Positions 8,934 through 18,930 of a stretch of DNA of 64,000 nucleotides are shown one piece after another. The DNA is from a virus (Duplodnaviria; Heunggongvirae; Uroviricota; Caudoviricetes): the IMG/VR virus record IMGVR_UViG_3300043399_000676. One strand, written 5' to 3'. A program made the translations under genes and the position numbers. Position 1 is the stretch's first letter, and each line of letters begins with the position of its first letter. The notes under the pieces were generated by a model. The model saw nothing but the letters and a program-made list of their open reading frames with translations, made no database searches and was not told where the DNA came from.

Positions 8934-9182
8934 TTAACGAATAACTGCCCTAACACTAATCGTGCCGACACAATCTTCACGTTCCAGCAGTCGAACCTCA
9001 GCACCCAGATCCTTGAGCTCCTGCAAGATCGCCTTGCTCGATTGATCACCTTTGATGTAATAGCACTTGACCGTGCGAATTTCCTCCTTGACGGTCTTGT
9101 TGACATAAATACCATTCAAATGAGCGTTATTGCCGCGGCCGTATTTACGCATGATCTCACGAACTTGTTTGACAGTCAGCAT
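8934..9182 (-). CDS. Hypothetical early protein
   Basis: Behind promoter 9215-9243; SD GGAG. Confidence 0.65.
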   Translation of the reverse strand: MLTVKQVREIMRKYGRGNNAHLNGIYVNKTVKEEIRTVKCYYIKGDQSSKAILQELKDLGAEVRLLEREDCVGTISVRAVIR

Positions 9183-9239
9183 TTACTTTCTCCGTTTTCT
9201 CAGTGTATAAAGTAATTATACGCCCAAATTAATTATTTG

Positions 9240-9452
9240 TCAAGCATTATTTTGCACGACAGGGGTCGCACGACGGAGAACATCCATGATCTCCTTTTGC
9301 TTGATGAGGGGCAGATCCAGCATCACCAAAGCCAGCTGACTTTGCAGGTAACCCGCAGCGTAAGCGTGACTTTCATATTTGGCGTAGTTGGCGTTGACAA
9401 ACTCGTTGAGTTGAGCGTTGATTTCATCGTACTTGAGTTTTTGCTTTGCCAT
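9240..9452 (-). CDS. Hypothetical early protein
   Basis: Behind promoter 9485-9513; SD AGGA. Confidence 0.65.
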   Translation of the reverse strand: MAKQKLKYDEINAQLNEFVNANYAKYESHAYAAGYLQSQLALVMLDLPLIKQKEIMDVLRRATPVVQNNA

Positions 9453-9509
9453 CTTGTGTTCCTGTTCGTTCAGTGTATAAAGTAATTATACGCCCAAATC
9501 TATTATTTG

Positions 9510-9707
9510 TCAACCGTAGAGGTAGCGACCTGTCCAAGTTTCCCAGGGCTGACGGCGAGCATGTTCGATCATACGGATCCCGCCTTTGGTGCGCCGAGCG
9601 TAGTCCATAGCAGTCATGAAGTGACCAGGGACTTTGATCTTGCTGATACGATTGGTCTTGAGATCCCAACCATATTTCCACAGACTGTCGTACTTGCCAC
9701 GAATCAT
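9510..9707 (-). CDS. Hypothetical protein (start re-called at MIRGKYD)
   Basis: SD AAGGAG upstream of ATG at 9707. Confidence 0.6.
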   Translation of the reverse strand: MIRGKYDSLWKYGWDLKTNRISKIKVPGHFMTAMDYARRTKGGIRMIEHARRQPWETWTGRYLYG

Positions 9708-9720
9708 TCTATGTGTCTCC

Positions 9721-9969
9721 TTATTTGTCAAGCAAAACAAACACGAACGAAGTGCCACCTTGGCAATATCCGCGATTGTAATCTTGCCAAGGTTGACGAT
9801 CCACGATTTTGATCAGGCCCTTAGCTTCCAGCTTGAGCATTGCGTTTCTTTCACGCAGACCAGCTTGAACTTTGCCTCCATACGCCCCGCGACCATAAGT
9901 AGTAGTGATGCCGCACCTACCACCATTCTTGCGAGCAATATCGATCAGGGCTTGTTCAGTCTTAGTCAT
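9721..9969 (-). CDS. Hypothetical protein (start re-called at MTKTEQ)
   Basis: First ATG after promoter 9995-10023. Confidence 0.6.
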   Translation of the reverse strand: MTKTEQALIDIARKNGGRCGITTTYGRGAYGGKVQAGLRERNAMLKLEAKGLIKIVDRQPWQDYNRGYCQGGTSFVFVLLDK

Positions 9970-10249
9970 GTTCACTCTCTCAGTGTATAGAGAGATTATA
10001 CATCCGAATTGATTATTTGTCAAGCCATCACAAACCAAAAAAGACGAACCAAAAACCCAACCAAAGAGCGATCAGGATAGTTTTCCCGATGAAACTATCA
10101 CTAATCACGCTTGCAAGCCAAATTGCAAAAACAAGCTGAAGACCAAAGAGAATCATGATTTTTACTACCAAACGTTTATGTTGTGTTTATAGTACAACAT
10201 TTTGAGGTTTTTGTCAACCAATTTGAATAAATACTTTAAAGGTTAAAGT

Positions 10250-10963
10250 ATGCGAATAGATGAAGTAATCAGAAGAAGAGATATTGATCCAAGACTCATG
10301 TTTAAGTGCATTTTTATCATGGGCAGCCCTGGATCAGGAAAGTCAACCTTTGCAGAAGATTATTTGGGGCTCCCTAAGGAGTTTGTTATAGCTGACTTAG
10401 ACAAAGTAATGTCTACTCTAAAGATAAGAGATTACAATGAGCAAAACACTAAGAGAGGGTGGTCCTTATTGAATAGAAGAATAAGAAGGCATTGGGCAAC
10501 ACAAGGGTTACCGCTTGCAGTTGTTACTACAGGTAAGGACCTGCCACTCACAGTATACAATGCTAGATTCCTACAAGCAATGGGTTATGATGTGTTTGGT
10601 CTTTATGTGCTAACTGAACTACAGACTGCTATTGATCGCGCACAATACAGAGAAAAACACTCAACTGATCCAAAGGATCAAGGAAGAAAGACAGACGTTG
10701 ACTATATCGAAGATGTTTACGATACCTTAAGTAAAGTCAGAAATAAATACGACAGTGTTTTTTGGAACGAGTTTTCAGGATTCGCAATGGCGCTGAATAC
10801 AGAATGGGTTGACCCTTTCTCTAGAAAAAATGAAGAAGCCAAAGAACTAATTGACGTATTCTTGAATCAACCATTGTATAACAAACGAGGTCGAAAGAAG
10901 TTAGGTATTAGTTCACAGACTGATTTTACTAGGTTTGGCGAGCCGCAATCAGGACCTTTCTAA
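10250..10963 (+). CDS. P-loop kinase (zeta-toxin/AAA_33-like) with MRIDEVI N-terminus
   Basis: IFIMGSPGSGKST Walker A; AIDRAQYR lid motif; TAAATA at 10228-10233. Confidence 0.75.
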   Translation: MRIDEVIRRRDIDPRLMFKCIFIMGSPGSGKSTFAEDYLGLPKEFVIADLDKVMSTLKIRDYNEQNTKRGWSLLNRRIRRHWATQGLPLAVVTTGKDLPLTVYNARFLQAMGYDVFGLYVLTELQTAIDRAQYREKHSTDPKDQGRKTDVDYIEDVYDTLSKVRNKYDSVFWNEFSGFAMALNTEWVDPFSRKNEEAKELIDVFLNQPLYNKRGRKKLGISSQTDFTRFGEPQSGPF

Positions 10964-11972
10964 AGGGCTTAACAAATCTTTCGTAGTTAAAAACGTAGAA
11001 TTTACCACGCAGATAAATTTCACGATTTTTTTCTATCGCTTTATCAAGATCCGTATTGGTGAATCCATGTTTTTCCGCAATTAACTGCGCCTCTTCTTTG
11101 CTCAATTCTGAACGCTTAGATGCAGACATCCATTCCCAAACAGCTCTAAAATCCTCTAGTCTACTTGGTGAAATACTAAAACGAATAAGCCCATCTGAAA
11201 ATTTTTCTGTGTATTCTTTATAAGTCATGATGAAGGGAACAAGCGCACTCTTTACAGCTGCCTTTGTAGGTTTATATATCAATGTAAGATCGAGCTTCCG
11301 AGCTTGATCTTCCATTTTATACAACATTCTAAATTCACTTTCATGTTTTTTGAATTGCTCGTGATTGTACTTATCAGTAATCCTTATATGTCCTAATTCA
11401 CTTTTGATTGGCATAAGTGCGTTCGCTGCTTTATTTAAGATAGAACTTGCGCTTCCTGTTACGGTAGTGAAGTCTAACTCGTCAAACCCTACGTTTTCAG
11501 TGTAGTCTGCGTAAAGGTCTCCATAACGTGTACTCCATGTATACTGAAATCCATCGAAGGGAAAAATCATATACAAGACACCGTAATCAGATGCCATTAA
11601 TTTGTTTGCAGTAAAAATAGAATTACCACGCAAAGCAGTAAACCCTGCCTTTTGTAGCATGTTATCCACTACGTTTTGTTGTTTTCTAGTCGAATCTTTG
11701 GGCTTTCGATTGTTGAACGGTAACCCAACTCCTGCATCGCTTTTGAATTTTTTATTACCATGACACAAAAAGTGACCTGCTTTGTTTATAAAAGGCAGAA
11801 CTTGATTGCAATCACGCAGAATCATGTTCAGGTAGTTGATCGCATCAAAGTCATTTCCTAACGCTGCTGATTTTTTTTCAAGCAAAGGATGGAGAGGAAA
11901 AACTTCCGGTTCAAGTTTTATGATCATACCTGGTTCTAGCTCATTTTTGGGTAAGAATTCATCTGGTTTCAT
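10929..11972 (-). CDS. ADP-ribosyltransferase-like paralog (HG variant)
   Basis: FLCHG...AGFTALRGNSIFT...YG...IFP..GF..TWS...EIYLRG. Confidence 0.6.
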   Translation of the reverse strand: MKPDEFLPKNELEPGMIIKLEPEVFPLHPLLEKKSAALGNDFDAINYLNMILRDCNQVLPFINKAGHFLCHGNKKFKSDAGVGLPFNNRKPKDSTRKQQNVVDNMLQKAGFTALRGNSIFTANKLMASDYGVLYMIFPFDGFQYTWSTRYGDLYADYTENVGFDELDFTTVTGSASSILNKAANALMPIKSELGHIRITDKYNHEQFKKHESEFRMLYKMEDQARKLDLTLIYKPTKAAVKSALVPFIMTYKEYTEKFSDGLIRFSISPSRLEDFRAVWEWMSASKRSELSKEEAQLIAEKHGFTNTDLDKAIEKNREIYLRGKFYVFNYERFVKPFRKVLIAARQT

Positions 11973-12948
11973 TTATTCGTCTCATAAAAAATTCAATGTA
12001 TTGATTCCTAGGGAAGGCATAAAACAACCCCTTAATATAAATTTCATTCTCACTCGTTAAGGCAGAAGCAAGATTGGTATTTTTAAATTTATGGGCCTTT
12101 ACAGTTGCGATTGCAGTATCAACATCCAAAGAAAGGGAAGGAGATTTTGACCATCGTTTTACGTCGTTCAAAGCCTGAACCAATTCAGGAGTAAATCTAT
12201 ATCTTGTATACTTTGATAAGTATCGTTTGTATGCTGTAAATAATCTGCCTAAGTTTTCTTCAACAAGGCGCTTGTTCTTTTTTCCCAGTGCAGTATGCAA
12301 TTCCTGCAACTCACGGTAAACATCATGAGTTGCGTTGTATTCCCCTACATCATCAATCTGGTCTTCTAATCTAAGTAAATGCTCTCTGTGCCTCATAAAC
12401 TGAGTTAAAATTTTACCATTTGTAGGTACTTCTTTATACCTATCTTCATAAGGGTTTACTAGGAAAGAATCTGGTTCTGAATATAAAAATGCAAATTCTT
12501 CGTAAAAATCTTTATATTCCCCACTCCAAGTAAACTTAAACCCGTCAATAGGAAAAATAAAGAAAAGGTGGCCGTATTCTCTTGCTTGATCAGGATCTGA
12601 CGTACAGAAAATAGAGTTCTCTCTCGTAGCATCGAAACCCGCAAGTTCAAGAACCTTGTTAACAGTTTCATGCATTTGAAAAGCAGTATCCTTAGGGGTT
12701 CGTTTAAACTTCTGAAGTTCTGCCTTGTGCTTATCTAGATCAAACAATGGATCTTCGTCATTAGGTTCAAATCTTCCACCTGGATGGTAAACTTCACCAG
12801 TTTCATATGCGTACTTAGTTCCTCTATATAAAAATCTCCCACCGGTGGTATGTATTGCATCTAAGATTTCCTTGCAATCTCTGTTAAGGATTTCCCAATA
12901 CTCTTCTGGAGACTTTTCTTCTTTTATGATTTCGTATGCTTTTACCAT
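11959..12948 (-). CDS. ADP-ribosyltransferase-like paralog
   Basis: FLYRG...NSIFCTS...A..YG...ENEIYIKG. Confidence 0.65.
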   Translation of the reverse strand: MVKAYEIIKEEKSPEEYWEILNRDCKEILDAIHTTGGRFLYRGTKYAYETGEVYHPGGRFEPNDEDPLFDLDKHKAELQKFKRTPKDTAFQMHETVNKVLELAGFDATRENSIFCTSDPDQAREYGHLFFIFPIDGFKFTWSGEYKDFYEEFAFLYSEPDSFLVNPYEDRYKEVPTNGKILTQFMRHREHLLRLEDQIDDVGEYNATHDVYRELQELHTALGKKNKRLVEENLGRLFTAYKRYLSKYTRYRFTPELVQALNDVKRWSKSPSLSLDVDTAIATVKAHKFKNTNLASALTSENEIYIKGLFYAFPRNQYIEFFMRRINETR

Positions 12949-13853
12949 TCTTGTATTAAACGCTTAAACGTTTCCCCATATGTGTCCATGTCAAATGCGT
13001 AAAACTTACCCTTTAGATATATTTCATGTCCTGAATCTAACGCTGATGCTAAGTCACCTTCAGTAAACATATGCCCCTTAACCGTTGCAATAGCGGTTTC
13101 AAAGTTTAACTCAGGAGAAGGACTGTTAGCCCATCTATAAGCAGTTTGTAATGCTTTCAACATTTCTTTGGTCATTACAAAACGCCTGTCAGGAGAAATT
13201 CTCAGGTATCGTCGATAAGCATAGTAAATCTCAGCCAGGTTTTCCTTCGTCTTGATCTTGTCATTTTTAGCAATAGACTCGGGGATAGATCCGGCATACA
13301 TCTCAATAGTGGAAAGAAGACGTTCATCATCAGGTGACAAATTAGATACTCCTAAGGATTTTCGTATATTTTGCATTCTTCTAAACAAATACACAAGAAA
13401 GTAATCGTTTTGAATTTTATACGATTCATTAGGCTGCACTAGGAATGCATTTGGGTCATTAACATGCATTGCAAAATCTGAATAGAAATCCTTAAACTTT
13501 CTACTCCAAGTTATCTGATACCCGTTTAACGGAAAAATCATAAACACTTCGCCGTACTCTTCAGCCTGTTCGAAGTCTCCTGAGCAATAAACTGAATCAC
13601 TTCTTTTTGCTTCAAACCCAGCCATATCCAAAACTTGATCAACCATTCTTTGTATTGAAGCAGGTGTATCTTTTGTTTCTGCTCGTATACCAGACGAGTA
13701 AATTCTTCCTGAGCGGTAAGGTCTAGTTACTCCTCTAAAAAGAAAAGTACCCGCTACTTGCATCTCATTGATGGCATCACTGCACTGAGTAAACATCAGT
13801 TGCGGATTTTCTTCTTGGGTATCATCTTCTCTTAATATCTCATGTGACTTCAT
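12942..13853 (-). CDS. ADP-ribosyltransferase-like paralog
   Basis: FLFRG...SVYCSG...YG...HEIYLKG. Confidence 0.65.
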   Translation of the reverse strand: MKSHEILREDDTQEENPQLMFTQCSDAINEMQVAGTFLFRGVTRPYRSGRIYSSGIRAETKDTPASIQRMVDQVLDMAGFEAKRSDSVYCSGDFEQAEEYGEVFMIFPLNGYQITWSRKFKDFYSDFAMHVNDPNAFLVQPNESYKIQNDYFLVYLFRRMQNIRKSLGVSNLSPDDERLLSTIEMYAGSIPESIAKNDKIKTKENLAEIYYAYRRYLRISPDRRFVMTKEMLKALQTAYRWANSPSPELNFETAIATVKGHMFTEGDLASALDSGHEIYLKGKFYAFDMDTYGETFKRLIQEW

Positions 13854-13900
13854 TTCTAAATAAATTCCAATTTTGTTTTCAATAGCATCGGCGCAATCGG

Positions 13901-14803
13901 TTAATACATTCCAAAAAGATTTTTTCTAAAAAAACTATGATAAGGAGAATCATACCCAAAAGCATAAAATGATCCATTCAAGTATATTTCATTCCTTGAT
14001 GCTAAAGCACCAGCTAAATTTCCTTTTACGAATCCGTGAGCGTTCGCTGTAGCAACTGCTGTTTCTAGATTTAGACTCGGAGGAGGAACTTTAACCCACC
14101 TATGTATTTTCTGCATAGCTTTAGCCAATTCTTTAGATATTGTAAACTTTTTCGCTGGAGCTGTTCTTACATATTCTTTGTAAGTTTGTATTATTTTGAA
14201 TAAAAGATCGCTGGCTTTTGCTTTATCATTTTTGGTAATGGCTGTGGGTAGTGAAAAACTATAGTTTTGTATTTTGACTAACAACGGATGGTATCCAAAA
14301 AAACTTTCGATTGAAGATAATTTTTCCAGTTCGTTAAAAAGCCTGGTATCCTTTCTTATGTCATGTTCTGTTGCAACAGGATCTTCTAAAAATGAGTTCG
14401 GGTCTTTTAAATTCAATGCATAACTCAAATAAAAATCCTCATACTTTTTACTCCAAGTTATCTTAAATCCATCCTTAGGAAATATTAAATATAGCGGACC
14501 ATACTCATTTGCTAGACCTTTATTGCTGGTGCAAAATACAGAGTTGCCTCGTAGAGCGGTAAATCCTGCTAGTGATAACACACTATCAACTATGTTCTGA
14601 ACATCAACTGAAGTATCTTTTGGACCTCTTACTTCTGTGTTATAAACTACTCCAGGCAAGTATGTTCCTTTAAATCCTCTATAAAGAAACTTCCCACCTG
14701 CGTTACGCATTTCGTCTATAGCATTTCCGCATTCAGACAAAATCTTTTGCAGGTTTTCTCTTTTGGTATCGTCTTCTCTTAATATTTCGTATGCTTTTAC
14801 CAT
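13901..14803 (-). CDS. ADP-ribosyltransferase-like paralog
   Basis: FLYRG...NSVFCTS...YG...NEIYLNG. Confidence 0.65.
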   Translation of the reverse strand: MVKAYEILREDDTKRENLQKILSECGNAIDEMRNAGGKFLYRGFKGTYLPGVVYNTEVRGPKDTSVDVQNIVDSVLSLAGFTALRGNSVFCTSNKGLANEYGPLYLIFPKDGFKITWSKKYEDFYLSYALNLKDPNSFLEDPVATEHDIRKDTRLFNELEKLSSIESFFGYHPLLVKIQNYSFSLPTAITKNDKAKASDLLFKIIQTYKEYVRTAPAKKFTISKELAKAMQKIHRWVKVPPPSLNLETAVATANAHGFVKGNLAGALASRNEIYLNGSFYAFGYDSPYHSFFRKNLFGMY

Positions 14804-15714
14804 TCTTGTATTAAACGTTCAAGCGTTTCCCCGTATGTGGCCATGTCAAATGCGTAGTACTGACCATGTAAGTATATTTCATTTCCAGCCCTTATAGCTT
14901 CCGCTAGATTGTCTTTTTGAAATCCATGTTTTAGGATTGTCTTTCTAACTGTTCTTGCATTTAATTCCGGTGGAGGAGAATCTATCCAATCTTGGATTTC
15001 CTTAAACAGCCTAGTGTAAACAGCACTAGAGGTAAATGGACTATCATCTGAAGTTTTTTGTACATACTCCTGATGTAGTTTTAACAGTGATTTCAATGCT
15101 GTTTCTGCATTCATTTTGTCATTTAAACTCATGGCCTCGGTTAAAAGGTCTATCCTAAAAATGATTGCATCTATGAAACCTTCTAAATTGTCTTTAGCTG
15201 AAAGCGCATTTTTAAGGTTTGCCAAATGAGAATAAGTAGCTTTATTAGTGTGTACACTTTGCCCAATGAATAAATCAGTTGAAGGGTTAACCAAAAAGGA
15301 GGTTGGATCTTTGCGAATTGAAGAGAAGTCTACAAAAAAATCTTTATAACGTGTACTCCATGTAATTTGAAATCCATCCTTAGGAAATATTACATACACT
15401 GGTGGGCCATACCCTTCGGCTTGTTCATAATCACCAGAACAAAATATTGAATTTCCTCGCAAAGCTTTGAATCCTGCAAGCTTCAAAACATCGTCTACCA
15501 TGTTTTGCATTAAAATATCAGTGTCCTTTGGGCTACGAGGACCAGTGCTATACAATTTTCCTGGTACATATTTTCCTTTTTCAAGCATTAATCCCCTGAG
15601 CAAAAAGCCATTTGCTTGTTTAAATGCTTCAATTGCATTGCTACATTCTGCTTCAATCAAGTCCAAGTATTCTTCTTTACCTGCATCTTCTAACATAATT
15701 TCATGTATTCTCAT
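14797..15714 (-). CDS. ADP-ribosyltransferase-like paralog
   Basis: FLLRG...NSIFCSG...YG...NEIYLHG. Confidence 0.65.
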   Translation of the reverse strand: MRIHEIMLEDAGKEEYLDLIEAECSNAIEAFKQANGFLLRGLMLEKGKYVPGKLYSTGPRSPKDTDILMQNMVDDVLKLAGFKALRGNSIFCSGDYEQAEGYGPPVYVIFPKDGFQITWSTRYKDFFVDFSSIRKDPTSFLVNPSTDLFIGQSVHTNKATYSHLANLKNALSAKDNLEGFIDAIIFRIDLLTEAMSLNDKMNAETALKSLLKLHQEYVQKTSDDSPFTSSAVYTRLFKEIQDWIDSPPPELNARTVRKTILKHGFQKDNLAEAIRAGNEIYLHGQYYAFDMATYGETLERLIQEW

Positions 15715-16967
15715 TGGTCTTTTACCTTTGATAAGTCCTTTCCAATTAACTCTTTACATAGTGCATTGGTGTGAGGAGACTTGAACTCAAACGCATAATA
15801 CGCACCTTTGATAAGAAGTTCATGCTTTGAATCTAACGCCCAATTTATGTTACTGTTGGTAAATCCATGTGCAGATGCAATCTCTCTTGCTTGGATAGGT
15901 GTCAGTTTTTCTATTACATCTTTAATATCCTTTTCAGTTACCTGAGTTAAGTTCCACAGTAAACTTCTAATCTTATCAATAAAAGAGGTGACGTTTACAT
16001 TCCTGACAAAAAAACTCACATCAGTAAGAAGAGTCTCCATTCTGTTTGTAAATAAGGAAAGTCGATCTTCTTCTTGCTTTTCAAGATCAGGTAAAAATTG
16101 CTTCAAATAAAATTCTAGGTTTGTATAGTACCTTGTTAATTCTTCACTTGGTTCATTCTTTACTACTTCTGCAAGTTGTTGCATCAATAACATCAATTCT
16201 TTTTTCAAACTCATCACTTTTACTCTTGTAGTCGGAAGATCAAGGCCGTCGACCTTATCTAAAAATTGAAGCGGCTCGCCAAATAGACCAAGTATAAAAT
16301 CCTCATAAAAGTCTCGATATCTTGAACTCCAAGTAAAGTCAAATCCATCTTTGGGGAAGACAACATAAACTTTCCCGTATTCTCGTGCCATATCATAGTT
16401 ACTGGTTGTAAAAATACTATTGCTTCTAAGTGCTTCGAATCCAGATTTTTTCAAAACAGAGTCAACTGTAAACTGCATCAACGTACTTGAATCGGTTGGT
16501 GACCTGTTACTATTCGGAACACCTGGAAATGCCGAAGGAAATAATGATTGTTTAGCGGTGGTACTACCACCTACTCCCCTGTATAATAGCTCGCCCCTTG
16601 TAAATTTGGATATCTGTAAAAATTCAGAACACTCAGTTTCAACTAGGTTACTGTAATAGTCTACTATATCTTGGAAATTTTTCTCCTCCAAAGCAAATAA
16701 TTCTTCTTCTAATTGATCTCGTTTATCCGCAAGCTGGCGTTTTTGTGCATCTATGTCAGCTATAAACTTTGTCATTTCCGCATCCCATGAACCTTCCGAA
16801 TCATCAGATGTTAAATTCTTGTATGCGTCATTGATGTAGAATATCTTTTCATTTATATCCTTTACTTCAGATTGCAGATTGGAAATCAAAGATGAAGTCT
16901 TTTCTATTGGCGTAGGCAAAGGAATCGGTGGGATCTTTTTTGGTTCAACAATTTCAAAGATTTTCAT
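15711..16967 (-). CDS. ADP-ribosyltransferase-like paralog with N-terminal coiled coil
   Basis: LLYRG...NSIFTTS...YG...HELLIKG; TAAATA at 17005-17010. Confidence 0.65.
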   Translation of the reverse strand: MKIFEIVEPKKIPPIPLPTPIEKTSSLISNLQSEVKDINEKIFYINDAYKNLTSDDSEGSWDAEMTKFIADIDAQKRQLADKRDQLEEELFALEEKNFQDIVDYYSNLVETECSEFLQISKFTRGELLYRGVGGSTTAKQSLFPSAFPGVPNSNRSPTDSSTLMQFTVDSVLKKSGFEALRSNSIFTTSNYDMAREYGKVYVVFPKDGFDFTWSSRYRDFYEDFILGLFGEPLQFLDKVDGLDLPTTRVKVMSLKKELMLLMQQLAEVVKNEPSEELTRYYTNLEFYLKQFLPDLEKQEEDRLSLFTNRMETLLTDVSFFVRNVNVTSFIDKIRSLLWNLTQVTEKDIKDVIEKLTPIQAREIASAHGFTNSNINWALDSKHELLIKGAYYAFEFKSPHTNALCKELIGKDLSKVKDQ

Positions 16968-17023
16968 CGAGATTTCCCATTAGTTTAAAGTTTAACCATA
17001 CAAGTATTTAGCAGAAATGGCAA

Positions 17024-17052
17024 GACCACTGAGCAGTTAATGCTCAGTGGTC
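17024..17052. terminator. 12-bp perfect hairpin, possible terminator
   Basis: GACCACTGAGCA-GTTAA-TGCTCAGTGGTC just downstream of the nuclease gene; U-tract weak. Confidence 0.55.
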
Positions 17053-17062
17053 ATTGGGTGAG

Positions 17063-17422
17063 TTAATTATGTTTGCCACCAAAGTAGGGAGTAGCCAGCC
17101 CCTCATTTAATAGTCGAGTGTTAATTGAAGTTGAATCATTTAACAGGTAAACATCAGCAAGATAACGTCCATACTTATCAACCTTAAACGTTTCAATAAC
17201 GACTGGCTGTTTCATCAATTGATCTAGTACGAATTTCTTTGCAAGCTTTGCACTATTTTTTATAACCTCATCTGAAGAGTTAATCTCAGGAGTATCAATG
17301 CCATTCAGTCTAACTCTTAGGTCTACACAAATACCAAATCCTAAATCAACCAAAACATCAATCGTATCACCATCTACTACGTTAGTTACCATAGCATTAT
17401 AAATGTAATTTTGTTTTTTCAT
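17063..17422 (-). CDS. Thermonuclease (SNase-like)
   Basis: VVDGDT, VRLNGIDTPE, DKYGRYLA. Confidence 0.92.
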   Translation of the reverse strand: MKKQNYIYNAMVTNVVDGDTIDVLVDLGFGICVDLRVRLNGIDTPEINSSDEVIKNSAKLAKKFVLDQLMKQPVVIETFKVDKYGRYLADVYLLNDSTSINTRLLNEGLATPYFGGKHN

Positions 17423-17437
17423 AGTTATATATTTATC

Positions 17438-17525
17438 TGGCGGAAGGCTAGAGAATCGAACTCTATCCTCTTTCGAAGACCATCTGTTTTCGAGACAGTG
17501 ACAGGACCATCCTGTTTAACCTTCC
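17438..17525 (-). tRNA. tRNA-Ser(CGA)
   Basis: Cloverleaf, loop CT-CGA-AA, long variable arm, encoded CCA. Confidence 0.9.
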
Positions 17526-17530
17526 TTGTT

Positions 17531-17914
17531 TCAATACAATGGCAATTGTTTTGTTATCGCATCAATCTTATCTTGGGTGTCAGGCCCTACTGCAACCGCA
17601 GTTAATGTTTTTACTCCATTAAACTCCGTTAATCCATTGTCTTCGATTAGAGAACAGATTAGACCTGCATCCTTTGCTTGATTGTAGATACTCAAAAGTT
17701 CTTGTTCAGAGTTGACATATACGCAAATCTTTTTAAACACACCTGTTATCCAAGGTGCTAGCCGTTCATCAGAAAGGTCCAACGTCATTACGTTACCCTC
17801 TCTTTTCATTTGACCTAAAATTGCACCCATACTTGCATGAGCTCCTTGTGCGACAAGCTTCCCTTTTCGCATGTTTAGGTCTTTTCTCATCACGATTACT
17901 TGTTTGTGTTCCAT
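17531..17914 (-). CDS. pth2: Peptidyl-tRNA hydrolase 2
   Basis: KQVIVMRKDLNMRKGKLVAQGAHAS, DNGLTE, TAVAVGP. Confidence 0.93.
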   Translation of the reverse strand: MEHKQVIVMRKDLNMRKGKLVAQGAHASMGAILGQMKREGNVMTLDLSDERLAPWITGVFKKICVYVNSEQELLSIYNQAKDAGLICSLIEDNGLTEFNGVKTLTAVAVGPDTQDKIDAITKQLPLY

Positions 17915-18237
17915 CTTCTTTTTGATTCCAAATTAAACTGAATTGCTGCTGCACAAGGGAATGTCTCATCTTTTTTAAATATCATTCCATTGAGCTTGAA
18001 TGGCTGTAGTACACGATCTCCATTCCACCACCTTGTTTCAATCTTAATAATCCCTAATCTACCCAATGTTTCTCTTAATTCTGCAAACTCGGGATGATCT
18101 TCCGATGAAATCGAAACCCAAGTGTTTTCTCCCTTTAGTACCTCGAACAACTGTTTCGGTGTTTCAATCTTTGGAGCATACTCAGTTCTAACTGTAACTG
18201 AACACATAGATGATTCTTGTATTTGAAACTCTTTCAT
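17896..18237 (-). CDS. Hypothetical protein
   Basis: 113 aa ORF overlapping the pth2 start. Confidence 0.65.
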   Translation of the reverse strand: MKEFQIQESSMCSVTVRTEYAPKIETPKQLFEVLKGENTWVSISSEDHPEFAELRETLGRLGIIKIETRWWNGDRVLQPFKLNGMIFKKDETFPCAAAIQFNLESKRRWNTNK

Positions 18238-18264
18238 ATAAATATATCTTTGGGGAGTAAAGCC

Positions 18265-18831
18265 ATGAATAAGTTATTCATCATTTTTAAGTTCTTTCTA
18301 TTTACGTTAGTTGAATGGCTGTTTAATATATTAGCATTACCGATTGTTCCCGTCGCTGTAATGCTAGCTGACGAAGAAGGTAGACTACCTAAGTTTCTCA
18401 GATGGTTTGAAACACCTGATGCACTAGGTTGGGGAGCAGGAACTTATGAACCTGCTATACAGAAAATCTACGATGAGAAAGGAAAACGCAGAGCATTGAT
18501 TTCTTGGTTGTGGAGAAATCGTGCATATGGACTATCATCCAAATGGGCCGCTCGTCCTAACTATGACACCATGGTCATGAAATCATATGGCACACAAGGC
18601 GTCTTCAGAAATGCACCTGCTTGGTGGCTAGGTACAATTACTGACGGGGACAAGTGGTGGTTTGAATTCTCGTTTGCAGTACGTTTCGGTGATCTATTTG
18701 TTCTAGGTTTCAGAAACGGATGGAAACTACTACCGTTCTTTGATGGACATAGACCAACTGACTTTAGCACAACTGCAACAGGACTCTTTACTGGAATCTC
18801 TATTCGTTCAGATAGTGTAGATGGAGTTTAA
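18265..18831 (+). CDS. Trp-rich hypothetical membrane-anchored protein (start re-called)
   Basis: TAAATA then SD GGAG before ATG at 18265; N-terminal hydrophobic segment. Confidence 0.7.
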   Translation: MNKLFIIFKFFLFTLVEWLFNILALPIVPVAVMLADEEGRLPKFLRWFETPDALGWGAGTYEPAIQKIYDEKGKRRALISWLWRNRAYGLSSKWAARPNYDTMVMKSYGTQGVFRNAPAWWLGTITDGDKWWFEFSFAVRFGDLFVLGFRNGWKLLPFFDGHRPTDFSTTATGLFTGISIRSDSVDGV

Positions 18832-18921
18832 TGGCAGAGAGTGAGGGATTCGAACCCTCGTGCCGCTTTCGCAGCCAACTGATTTCCAATCAGTGCCGAT
18901 AAGCCTCTCCGGCAACTCTCT
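18832..18921 (-). tRNA. tRNA-Ser(GGA)
   Basis: Cloverleaf, loop TT-GGA-AA, long variable arm, CCA. Confidence 0.92.
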
Positions 18922-18930
18922 ATAAATTGT

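Larger units (their letters stand above)
6120..10217 (-). promoter_or_regulatory. Eight dispersed sigma70-type early promoters with a shared spacer/leader sequence
   Basis: TTGACA-17-TATAAT at 6120-6148, 6369-6397, 7631-7659, 8896-8924, 9215-9243, 9485-9513, 9995-10023; variant TTGACA-17-TACTAT at 10189-10217. Five share the downstream TATACACTGA leader. Confidence 0.9.
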
